The notes beneath the pieces are model-generated. The model was not told the DNA's origin and ran no database searches. It was given only the letters and a program-made list of their open reading frames with translations. 64,000 bases of DNA from Methylobrevis albus. GTDB lineage: Bacteria; Pseudomonadota; Alphaproteobacteria; Rhizobiales; Pleomorphomonadaceae. Where the stretch lies: the NCBI RefSeq assembly GCF_015904235.1, contig NZ_JADZLT010000040.1, positions 449,794 through 513,793 of the forward strand, in the 5' to 3' direction. A program made the position numbers and the translations under genes. Below are positions 32,576 through 41,289 of this stretch, in pieces (the stretch's first letter is position 1; each line of letters begins with the position of its first letter).

Positions 32576-32876
32576 CGTTCTCCTTCGGCATGGCGCTAGG
32601 TCAAGGCCGATGTCCTTTCACTGGTTGGTCGAGAATCCGGAGAAGCGGAGTCGGTGGCGCCTTCGGATCGTCCGGAGCGGGGATTGCAGCACGGCGGCGG
32701 GCCCGGGACCCCCGAGGGGGCCAAGGCTGACCATCGCGCGGCGCGCCCTTCATGGACGACCGGTCGGCGTCTCCGGCCCGCTCACACTCCGAAGAATGAT
32801 CGCGGGCGGGTCCACTTCTCCGGACCCGTGATGCGAGAGACGTCTTACGAGGACGTTGCCGTTTGCGGCGGCGGTT

Positions 32877-32949
32877 TGGAGGAGGAGTCGAACCTCCGAC
32901 AGCCGGGACCAAAGCCCCGGTGCTCTACCCACTGAGCTATCCGTGGTGG
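32877..32949 (-). tRNA. tRNA-like gene 1 (canonical D, anticodon and T arms; anticodon loop CUUUGGU reads UUG; 5' acceptor strand does not pair), possible pseudo-tRNA
   Basis: The reverse complement reads CCACGGATAGCTCAGTGGGTAGAGCA CCGGGGCTTTGGTCCCGG CTGTC GGAGGTTCGACTCCTCC TCCAAAC C, which is 73 nt. The D-arm and T-arm are canonical. Positions 1-4 (CCAC) cannot pair with 69-72 (AAAC). Confidence 0.45.
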
Positions 32950-33018
32950 ACGACGGGCATCGAACCCCGCAACCTCCCGGTTTCCCGGGGCTCTACCATT
33001 GAGCTACGTCCGAAGCGC
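32944..33018 (-). tRNA. tRNA-like gene 2 (tRNA-Gly-like D-arm; anticodon region collapsed to a GAAA tetraloop; weak T-stem; ends CCACCA), probable pseudo-tRNA
   Basis: The reverse complement reads GGACGTAGCTCAATGGTAGAGC CCCGGGAAACCGGG AGGTTGCGGGGTTCGATGCCCGTCGTCCACCA. It is only about 65 nt before the CCA end. Its 3' CCA overlaps the first three nt of tRNA-like gene 1. Confidence 0.35.
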
Positions 33019-33331
33019 CGTTCCCCGTACCGATGCCCGTACACGAGGCGGCAGGGCCGGATCGTGCGGGAGGCAGACGAAAGCCAACCGTTGGCAAGGG
33101 CCGATGGAGACAGCGGGGCGCGTCATACGCCGCCCGGGCGCCAATCAGCAAGACTTCCGAGTAAAAGTATTCGTGAAAAAATAGACTGTAACCTCAAAGC
33201 AACAGTGAACCGTACGTTACGGTTCCGTCTGGCGCCCCGCCTTCGATATTCGGGGCCGGGATCGCGCTGTCGATCGACATCTGTGCGCAATGACGGACGG
33301 GAGGGCCGCGCCTCCCGTCCTCCGCGCTGCC

Positions 33332-35014
33332 TCAGGCCGCATCGAGGCTGGCGACGAAGCCGCGGACCTCGTCCTGCAGCGCGGTCGCCTGGCCGTTCAG
33401 GGTTTCCGACAGCCCGCGCAGCGTTTGCGAGGCTTCGCCGGTGCTGGTCGCGGCCGCGCTGACGCCGGCGACGTTGTCGCTCACGGCGGCGGCGCCGCCG
33501 GCGGCGCGCTGGGTGTTGAGCGCGATCTCCGACGTCGCGACGCCCTGTTCCTCGACGGCGCCGGCGATCGCGGTCGCATAGTCGCGCACGGTGCCGATGG
33601 CCGCGACGATCCGGCCGATCGAGTCCACCGTCATCGTCGTCGCGCCCTGGATCTCGCCGATCTTGCTGGAGATCTCGTTGGTCGCCCGGGCAGTCTGGGC
33701 GGCGAGCTGCTTGACCTCGGAGGCGACGACCGCAAAGCCCCGGCCGGATTCGCCGGCGCGTGCGGCCTCGATGGTGGCGTTAAGCGCGAGCAGGTTGGTC
33801 TGCTCGGCGATCTCGCGGATGAGCTCGATCACGGAGCCGATCGACGCCGCCGAGTCACTGAGCAACCTGATCTGCTCGCTGGTGGCGCGCGCATCGTCGG
33901 CGGCGACCTGCGAGGCGGCCGCCGACTTCGTCACCTGGTGCGTGATCTCGCGGATCGAGGCGGCGAGTTCCTCGGTGCCGGCGGCGACGACGGCGACGTT
34001 CTGCGAGGCGTCGCCGGCCGCTTCCGACATGCGCGACGCCTTGTCCCGGGTTTCACCGGCGGTCGACGCCAGCACCCCGGCCGCGGCCGAGACCTGCGCG
34101 GAGGAGGCGCCGAACCCCTTGGCGAGTTCCTCCATGCGCGCCACGAAGCGCTGCGCGGCGGTGGAACGGGCGGCGAGGCGCTGCATGTCCGCCCCGCGCC
34201 CGGCCTCGGCCGCGGCGCGCGCGCCCTCGGCGGCGACGAGGCTGTCGCGCATCCGGGCGAGTTCGCGGAACATCGGGCCGGTCTCGTCGCGGCGGTCGGT
34301 CTGCAGCCGGGCGTCGCCGTAGCGGCCCGCCGCGATCAGCGTCACGGCATTGGCGACATCGGTGATCGCGCCGAGGATCGTGCGGCCGGCGAAAAAGGTG
34401 AGGCCGAGCACCAACACCGCGGCGACGCCGGCGGCGGTCACCTGGGTCCACATCGCCGCTCCGGTTTCGTCCTCCAGGGCGACGAGCTGCTGCCCGAGGT
34501 GCCGGTCGCTGCCCGACGACAGCTGCGCCAGCGTCTCGGCGAGCCGCGCGCCCGCGCCGTCGATCACGTCGTCGATCGCCGCATAGTCCGCCTCCGGCGC
34601 GCCGCGTTCGATGAGGGCGGCGAGATCGGTCCGGATGGAGGCGACGAGCGCGGCGATATCGCCGACGAAGCCCGCCGGCAGGGTCACGTCCTCGAGCACG
34701 GCGTCGAGACGGCTCGCGGCCTCGGCGCCGCCGAGCAGGGTCGACTCCGCCGCCGCGATGGTGGCCATGCGCTCCGCCGAGATGCGGCCCTCGGCCTGGT
34801 CGATGATGCTGTCCATGGCGGTGAGGACAAGTTCGGACAGCGACAGCCGCATCGCCGCCACCACCTGCGCGTCGGAGCGCACTGCGTCGACAAGCGCGCT
34901 GCGCTCTTCGACGGCGCCGATGTTGAGAAGAGCGACCCCGATGATTCCGCCGAATGAGACGAGGGCGGTGGCTGCAACCAGAATGAGCCTGGCCCTGATC
35001 GACGAGAAGTTCAT
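33332..35014 (-). CDS. methyl-accepting chemotaxis protein
   Basis: N-terminal transmembrane helix, sensor region, second transmembrane helix, HAMP domain and the conserved MCP signalling domain ([35 protein letters not shown]). Start at [10 protein letters not shown] with a GGAGGA Shine-Dalgarno sequence. Confidence 0.9.
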   Translation of the reverse strand: MNFSSIRARLILVAATALVSFGGIIGVALLNIGAVEERSALVDAVRSDAQVVAAMRLSLSELVLTAMDSIIDQAEGRISAERMATIAAAESTLLGGAEAASRLDAVLEDVTLPAGFVGDIAALVASIRTDLAALIERGAPEADYAAIDDVIDGAGARLAETLAQLSSGSDRHLGQQLVALEDETGAAMWTQVTAAGVAAVLVLGLTFFAGRTILGAITDVANAVTLIAAGRYGDARLQTDRRDETGPMFRELARMRDSLVAAEGARAAAEAGRGADMQRLAARSTAAQRFVARMEELAKGFGASSAQVSAAAGVLASTAGETRDKASRMSEAAGDASQNVAVVAAGTEELAASIREITHQVTKSAAASQVAADDARATSEQIRLLSDSAASIGSVIELIREIAEQTNLLALNATIEAARAGESGRGFAVVASEVKQLAAQTARATNEISSKIGEIQGATTMTVDSIGRIVAAIGTVRDYATAIAGAVEEQGVATSEIALNTQRAAGGAAAVSDNVAGVSAAATSTGEASQTLRGLSETLNGQATALQDEVRGFVASLDAA

Positions 35015-35325
35015 GAGATCCTCCTTTTGTTGTACGGAAGGATCGATGATCATCGTGAATTTTGTCTTAAAAGCCGAAGTATTGCTCTATTGCGGCATAC
35101 ACATGAGCATCGATATTCGGGGAAATCATTGAAAAATCAGAGGTACTTGTGAAAGCAGGAGCATTCGGCTCAACAAGTATGGCTGTATTTCAAAGTGTCG
35201 GCCGGGTGTTCGATGCGACGCCATGAGCGAGGGCGTCCGCGACGCATGTCGTCGGTGCCGGCAGCGGCGGCGCAGGGCCCGACGGCGCGGTCGAGGGCGA
35301 TCGACCGTCCCGCCGTGGCCGTGCC

Positions 35326-35664
35326 TCACCGCCCCTGGATGATCCGTACGGTGTTCGGCGTCATCGATCCCACCATCGCCGAGCGGTAGTCGTCGTAGCT
35401 GAGACGGCCGCTCGACCAGCCGGCGACGAGGCGGGTGCAGATCGTGCGCGGCATGGCGCGGACCGAGACGTTCATGACGCGGGCGGCATCCTGGCGCGCC
35501 TGCAGCGAGCGCCGGGCCTGGTTTGCCGTGCAGTCGGCGATCGCCTGCTGGCGCAGCGGCGGGCTGCCGCGTAGCGCTTCGCGGGTCGCATCGAACTGGG
35601 TCGAACTCATGGCGCAGCCGGCGAGCAGGAGCGCAACGGAAAGCACGGCAGGGAACTTCTGCAT
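35326..35664 (-). CDS. hypothetical lipoprotein
   Basis: Signal peptide with the lipobox LLAGC; 112 aa. No recognisable family. Confidence 0.5.
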   Translation of the reverse strand: MQKFPAVLSVALLLAGCAMSSTQFDATREALRGSPPLRQQAIADCTANQARRSLQARQDAARVMNVSVRAMPRTICTRLVAGWSSGRLSYDDYRSAMVGSMTPNTVRIIQGR

Positions 35665-35707
35665 GATGAGGTCTCCGCTGCGGTCGGCTTGGGTACCGGG
35701 CCGGGAG

Positions 35708-36058
35708 CTACTTCACGGTGATCGTGAAGTCGTCTCCCGGGATGGTGAAGGACTCCCGTCCCTTTGCAGTCGCTGTGAACCGGACCGCGCGGGCTGGCGT
35801 CGGGCCGCCGCAGGATCGGCTTTGCACCGTGCCGACGCCGCCATCGGAGAAGGTGCCGAGCTTCGAGGACGGCAGGTAGCCCGCGATCTGCTTGAAGGAT
35901 CGCGCCGGCGCACCGCAGTCGCTGCGCACGCCCTTGAGCACGATGGTCTGACCAACCTTGGTCGACGGCTTGCTGTTGTAGGGAATCTCGGCCGCGGCCG
36001 CGGCGGCTGCGGTTGCCAGAAAGGCGATGAGAGATAGAGATCCGATCGCGCGATTCAT
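35708..36058 (-). CDS. hypothetical secreted protein
   Basis: Sec signal peptide (MNRAIGSLSLIAFLATAAAAAAA), 116 aa and 4 Cys. Confidence 0.5.
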   Translation of the reverse strand: MNRAIGSLSLIAFLATAAAAAAAEIPYNSKPSTKVGQTIVLKGVRSDCGAPARSFKQIAGYLPSSKLGTFSDGGVGTVQSRSCGGPTPARAVRFTATAKGRESFTIPGDDFTITVK

Positions 36059-36178
36059 GATTGCCCCCGCATCATGATTGCCAATGGCCGCAGCATATCG
36101 GCCATCGCGCTCTCCGGCAACGATCGGGGGCCTGGGGCGGCGCCGATCAAGCCGCCTCTGCCGCCACGATCGGTGAAG

Positions 36179-37654
36179 TCACCACCACTTCGGCGCTTCG
36201 AAGCGGCCGACGGCCTGTTCCACGGCGTGGCCGAGCGAGAACAGCGTCGCCTCGTCGAAGGGGCGGCCGATCAGCTGCAGGCCGAGCGGGAGGCCGTCGG
36301 CGGAGAGGCCGCCGGGCACGGCGAGGCCGGGCAGGCCGGCCATGTTCACCGTCACCGTGAAGATGTCGTTGAGGTACATCTCGACCGGGTCGGCGCCGGC
36401 CATTTCGCCGATGCCGAAGGCGGGCGAGGGGGTGGCGGGGGTCAGGACCGCATCGACACCGGCGGCGAAGCAGGTCTCGAAGTCGTTCTTGATCAGCGTC
36501 CGCACCTTCTGCGCCTTCAGGTAATAGGCGTCGTAATAGCCGGCCGAGAGCACGTAGGTGCCGATCAGGATGCGGCGCTTCACTTCCGCGCCGAAGCCCG
36601 CGGCGCGGGTGTTCTCGTACATGTCGATGATGTCGGTGCCCGGCACGCGCAGGCCGTAGCGCACGCCGTCGTAGCGGGCGAGGTTCGACGACGCCTCCGC
36701 CGGGGCGACGATGTAATAGGCCGGCAGGGCGTATTTCGTGTGCGGCAGCGAGATTTCGACGATCTCGGCGCCGGCGTCCTTCAGGATCGCAATACCCTTC
36801 TGCCAGAGCGCCTCGATCTCGGCCGACATGCCCTCGACGCGATATTCCTTCGGAATGCCGATCCGGAGCCCCTTCACCGAACGGCCGACGGCGGCCTCGT
36901 AGTCCGGCACCGGCAGGTCGACCGAGGTCGTATCCTTCGCATCGACCGACGCCATCGACTTCAGCAGGATCGCCGCGTCGCGCACGTCGCGGGCGATCGG
37001 GCCGGCCTGGTCGAGCGAGGAGGCGAAGGCGACGATGCCCCAGCGCGAGCAGCGGCCGTAGGTCGGCTTGATGCCGACCGTGCCGGTGAACGCGGCGGGC
37101 TGGCGGATCGAGCCGCCGGTATCGGTGGCGGTGGCGCCCGCACAGAGCCGCGCCGCGACCGCGGCCGCCGAGCCGCCGGACGAGCCGCCCGGCACCAGCG
37201 CCATGTTGGAGCCGTTGCGGCGCCAGGGGCTGGTGACGGGGCCGTAGTAGGAACTCTCGTTCGACGAGCCCATGGCGAACTCGTCCATGTTGAGCTTGCC
37301 GAGCATCACCGCGCCGTCGGCCCAGAGGTTCGCCGTCACGGTCGATTCATAGGCCGGCTCGAACTTGTCGAGCACATGGCTCGCCGCCTGGGTATGCACG
37401 CCTTCGGTGGCGAACAGGTCCTTGATGCCGAGGGGAATGCCTTCCAGCGGCCGGGCCTCGCCGCGGCCGAGGCGCTCGTCCGACGCCGCGGCCATCGCCA
37501 GCGCCTTCTCCGGTGTCTCGACCAGATAGGCGTTCAGCGCGCGCGCCGCCTGCATCGCCGCAAGGTAGGCCCCGGTCAGCTCGGTGGCCGAAAACTGCTT
37601 CGCGGCAAGTCCGTCGCGGGCCTCGGCGATGGTGAGGGCGGTGAGGTCGGTCAC
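36179..37654 (-). CDS. gatA: Glu-tRNA(Gln) amidotransferase subunit A
   Basis: Amidase signature ([13 protein letters not shown], Ser-cisSer-Lys triad). The start was assigned to the GTG at 37654 ([15 protein letters not shown]), the typical GatA N-terminus. Confidence 0.92.
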   Translation of the reverse strand: MTDLTALTIAEARDGLAAKQFSATELTGAYLAAMQAARALNAYLVETPEKALAMAAASDERLGRGEARPLEGIPLGIKDLFATEGVHTQAASHVLDKFEPAYESTVTANLWADGAVMLGKLNMDEFAMGSSNESSYYGPVTSPWRRNGSNMALVPGGSSGGSAAAVAARLCAGATATDTGGSIRQPAAFTGTVGIKPTYGRCSRWGIVAFASSLDQAGPIARDVRDAAILLKSMASVDAKDTTSVDLPVPDYEAAVGRSVKGLRIGIPKEYRVEGMSAEIEALWQKGIAILKDAGAEIVEISLPHTKYALPAYYIVAPAEASSNLARYDGVRYGLRVPGTDIIDMYENTRAAGFGAEVKRRILIGTYVLSAGYYDAYYLKAQKVRTLIKNDFETCFAAGVDAVLTPATPSPAFGIGEMAGADPVEMYLNDIFTVTVNMAGLPGLAVPGGLSADGLPLGLQLIGRPFDEATLFSLGHAVEQAVGRFEAPKWW

Positions 37655-37718
37655 GGGCGGCGTCTCTTTATACAGGGGGATCGGCAGGGGCAGGGTGCAG
37701 TCGGCGATGGCGCCGGTG

Positions 37719-38006
37719 CTACTCCACCACCTTCGGGACCATGAAGAAGTCGTCGTCGGTGACGGGCGCATTGCCGACGACCGCCGCGGGATTGCCGCCG
37801 TCGGTGACGACGTCGACGCGCTGCTTCATCGCGGTGGCGACCACGGCGGTCATCGGCTCGACGCTGGACACGTCGACCTCGTCGAGCTGGGCGACGAAGC
37901 CGAGGATGGAATTGAGCTCGCCGGTCATGCGCTCGGCTTCCTCGTCGCTCACCTTGATTCGGGCGAGCCGGGCGACGCGGCGGACGGTGGCCGTATCGAC
38001 GGACAT
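37719..38006 (-). CDS. gatC: Glu-tRNA(Gln) amidotransferase subunit C
   Basis: 95 aa matching GatC ([16 protein letters not shown]...). It lies directly upstream of gatA. Confidence 0.9.
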   Translation of the reverse strand: MSVDTATVRRVARLARIKVSDEEAERMTGELNSILGFVAQLDEVDVSSVEPMTAVVATAMKQRVDVVTDGGNPAAVVGNAPVTDDDFFMVPKVVE

Positions 38007-38717
38007 GGGCGGTTCCTCGGGCTGGCGGACGGCTGCTGGACTGGGCCGTGGCTATAGCAGAGCCGCCGCGGCGCCGCCAACGGCGGATTCGCGCGCCGGG
38101 CGCCGCGGTGGCCGACGACTACGGCGGTGTCCATTCCGATCGCTCTCTCCATCGCCGTCGGGCAGGGACTGGGTGCAACGGAATTTGGCGCCGCTGCGCG
38201 GTATCCGCTCGGCGGCGATCACCCGGCAAATTGGCGATGCGCGGGAGAGGGCCGCCCGGCCGGCCGTCTCGACAGGCGATTCGACGAGTCGACTTCACGA
38301 AAGGAGCCGATCATCGGCCCCCGGGAGAGAGGAGGGGCGCCGGCATCGGCGCCGACATCCTCGCCGCACCGTCCTCTCCATGCTTACCGGCGCATGAATC
38401 GCGTCGAAAAAATTCGCTGCAAATTCATCCCGTTAACCATTCGTTCAGCAGTTCGTGCAGGCCTCCCCCGCGGTCGTGACATATCTGCAACATCGATTTC
38501 CAAAAGCCGGGGAGAGGCCTCTCGGACCTGTGATCGTCGTTGAACGCGGAAAGCCGATGCGTATGGTGAAGACACGAGCACGGGGGACCGAGCTCTGAGG
38601 CCGCAGCGCCGATTGTCAGGGGTGGCAATCATCACAAGGCGACGCGGTGTCCCACAAGAGCCGGCCGATCCTCGGGGATCGTTCCAACGGGTGGTCGGCA
38701 GGTTCATTGGTTGATTT

Positions 38718-39779
38718 TTGGAGGTCAGGACTATGAAGCTCAAGAGCATCATGCTCGGCACCGCCGCCAGCCTCGTCATGACGACGGGTGCCTTTGCGGC
38801 TGATGCGCTCACCGACACCGTCGTTCCGACGGCTGTCGACTACGTCAAGGTCTGCGACGCGTTCGGCGCCGGCTTCTTCGTGATCCCGGGCATGGAGACC
38901 TGCCTCAAGATCGGCGGTCGTGTCCGTACCGGCTTCGAGTACCTCGAAGACAACGTCTTCCTCGGCCTCGACGCCAACGGCAACGAGCGTTGGGACGACT
39001 CCTACCGCTGGTTCGCCAACGGCCGTATCGACTTCGATGCGCGCACCGCTTCGGACTTCGGCACCGTCCGTTCGTTCTTCCGCATCGAGTCGGAGCCGGA
39101 TCGTAACGCTGTCATCTCGCAGGCGTTCATCCAGGTCGGCTACCTGACCGCTGGTTACTCGGATGGCGACACCGTCTTCAACGACGACGCCCTCTACGGC
39201 AACTTCTACGACGACGGCTACGGCGCTCCGGGCAACGGCCTGCAGCTGAACGTCGTTGTCGACGACCTCGGCGGCGGCTTCTTCGTCGGCGGCCAGGTCA
39301 TCGCGGCGAACAACGGTTCGGGCCTGCTGACGGTCGACTACCAGAACGACGCCAACGACGTCGCGCTGGTCGGTATCGTCGGCATCGCCGACCAGGCCTG
39401 GGGCAGCGCCTCGCTGTCGGGTCACTACGACAACGCCTCGGAAGGCTTCGTCATCAAGGCGACCGCTGATCTCGTGATCACCGACGGCTTCGGCGCTCGC
39501 CTGACCGCCGGCTACCTCGACAACGGCGCCAACGTCGATGCCTTCATCGTCAGCGGTGCGGTGTCGTACGACGTCACCCCGGACCTCAACCTCTTCGTCG
39601 GCGCCATCTACGGCTTCAACGATGGCGATGATCCCTTCGAGATCAACGGTGGTATCGGCTACACCCTCGCCGAGGGCCTGACCCTCGCCGCGGAAGTTCG
39701 CTACGCGGACGACGCCGGCGACACCCCGAACACCGATGGCAACTTCGACGCCATCGTCGGCCTGATCCGCACGTTCTGA
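38718..39779 (+). CDS. outer-membrane porin (alphaproteobacterial Omp2/RopA family)
   Basis: Signal peptide followed by a beta-barrel that ends in the C-terminal aromatic residue (F). It shows the DYVKVCDAFGAGFF and ETCLKIGG motifs typical of Rhizobiales general porins. A GGAGG Shine-Dalgarno sequence and a 700-bp upstream leader are present. Confidence 0.85.
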   Translation: MEVRTMKLKSIMLGTAASLVMTTGAFAADALTDTVVPTAVDYVKVCDAFGAGFFVIPGMETCLKIGGRVRTGFEYLEDNVFLGLDANGNERWDDSYRWFANGRIDFDARTASDFGTVRSFFRIESEPDRNAVISQAFIQVGYLTAGYSDGDTVFNDDALYGNFYDDGYGAPGNGLQLNVVVDDLGGGFFVGGQVIAANNGSGLLTVDYQNDANDVALVGIVGIADQAWGSASLSGHYDNASEGFVIKATADLVITDGFGARLTAGYLDNGANVDAFIVSGAVSYDVTPDLNLFVGAIYGFNDGDDPFEINGGIGYTLAEGLTLAAEVRYADDAGDTPNTDGNFDAIVGLIRTF

Positions 39780-39804
39780 TCGCTCGCTCCTCGGAGCTTG
39801 CAGG

Positions 39805-39839
39805 AAAGGCCCGGAGCAATCCGGGCCTTTTTCTTTTTG
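39805..39839 (+). terminator. rho-independent terminator after porin gene
   Basis: AAAGGCCCGGAGCAATCCGGGCCTTTTTCTTTTTG. Confidence 0.85.
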
Positions 39840-40052
39840 CGAGACACGGTCGAAACCGGGCGGCCGCGCTGCAGCCCTGACGCTCATTCAGGTTGGGCGA
39901 ACATCGGCGAGGAGGCGGGACCTCGGCGGCCGATCGAAGCGCCGCCGTCGGACGACGCGGACGGTGTGGCTGTGACGTCCGCGCCCCACCGCCCGTCGTG
40001 AGCCGCGTATCCCGCAGAACCGCCCCCGGCGCGCCGGCGCACGGACTGCGTC

Positions 40053-40970
40053 TCAATCCACCCCATTCAGAAAATCTGCGATCCGCGCGATCGTCGCGTC
40101 GTCGCGCAGCAGCGGCGCGTGACCCTGATCCGCGACGACCTGCGTCTCGAGATGCGGCAGAAGCCGCTGCATCTCGGCGAGCGTCGCCTCCGACAGCACA
40201 TCCGACAGCGCGCCGCGCAGCACGAGCAATGGCCGCGGTTCGGGTGCAGAACCGGCAGTCCGGCGCATCTGGCCGAGGGCGAGGAACATCGGCCACAGCG
40301 GGGGCAGGGGTGTTTCGGGCGAGAGACTCGCCAGCGTCGCGAGCAGGGCCGGGTCGAAATCCGCCACCGGGTGCCCACCCTCATCGCGGAACAGCTGCCG
40401 GGTGACCGCGGCGAGCTCGTCGCCTCTGACATTCGGGAACGCGCCACCCTGCAGCTTCAGCATCAGCGCCTCGGCCGCCGGCCATGTCTGCGGCGCGCCG
40501 GCGCCGGTCAGCAGGTCGATGCCGGCGCGAATCCGCAGCAGGCCGGCGACCTCGATCACCGGGCCGATGTCGTTGAGGATAACCGGCCCGATGCCGAGGC
40601 CGCTGGTGGCCGGCGGCAACATGGCGAGCAGCGCCGCAATCAGGCCACCGCGCGAGGTGCCGAGCACGGCGCAGCGGTCAATGCCCGCAGCCAGGAGCCC
40701 CCGCCGCACGTCGTCGGCTTCCACCTGCGGCGTATAGCTCGCGGCATCGGCGTGGCCCGAGCGGCCGCGGCCGCGATAGTCCATCGTGATGACGGCGCGG
40801 GGTGTCTCGGGATGGCCCGCCAGGGCATCGGCGAGCTGGTCGAAATCGCGGCCGTTGCGGGTCAGCCCCGGCAGGCACAGCAGCGGCAGGCGGTCGGCGG
40901 CGCCCTCCGGCTCGAAGATCCGGCCGTAGAGGGCGGTGCAGTCGGCGCCTTGCCAGTGAAGTTCGCGCAT
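40053..40970 (-). CDS. alpha/beta-fold hydrolase
   Basis: Nucleophile elbow GTSRGG with Asp and His candidates. Start at MRELHWQG. The upstream part of the track ORF runs into the REP element and was discarded. Confidence 0.7.
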   Translation of the reverse strand: MRELHWQGADCTALYGRIFEPEGAADRLPLLCLPGLTRNGRDFDQLADALAGHPETPRAVITMDYRGRGRSGHADAASYTPQVEADDVRRGLLAAGIDRCAVLGTSRGGLIAALLAMLPPATSGLGIGPVILNDIGPVIEVAGLLRIRAGIDLLTGAGAPQTWPAAEALMLKLQGGAFPNVRGDELAAVTRQLFRDEGGHPVADFDPALLATLASLSPETPLPPLWPMFLALGQMRRTAGSAPEPRPLLVLRGALSDVLSEATLAEMQRLLPHLETQVVADQGHAPLLRDDATIARIADFLNGVD

Positions 40971-41077
40971 GTGTTCTCCCGAGGGGCTTGCGTCACGGTG
41001 GATGGGGACGCGCGGAGGGGCTTTAAGCCGGCGGGGAGCGACGTGATTCGCGCGGTGCGGGCCTTGGGGAGACGCCG

Positions 41078-41256
41078 CCCCCCTCATCCGCCCTTCGGGC
41101 ACCTTCTCCCGCGAGGGGAGAAGGGAAGTTCGGCAAGACCCTGCTTCTGGCGCCACCGCGGAACCCGGGATCGAGGCGGCCGCGGTTGCTTTCACCGGGC
41201 CCCCGGAACCCCTTCTCCCCTCGCGGGAGAAGGTGCCCGAAGGGCGGATGAGGGGG
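41078..41256. repeat. REP/BIME-like palindromic element (family A, copy 3)
   Basis: Perfect 47-bp inverted arms CCCCCTCATCCGCCCTTCGGGCACCTTCTCCCGCGAGGGGAGAAGGG separated by about 85 bp. It lies between slt and the hydrolase gene. Confidence 0.9.
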
Positions 41257-41289
41257 CGCGACGGCGCCAGCCGGCTCCCATCGCCCGCC

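Noticed and set aside
33290-33318. Hairpin GACGGGAGGGCCGCGCCTCCCGTC after the MCP stop as a terminator
   Set aside because: The stem is good but no U-run follows on the transcribed strand. It was kept only as a possible rho-dependent or partial terminator and not listed as a feature.
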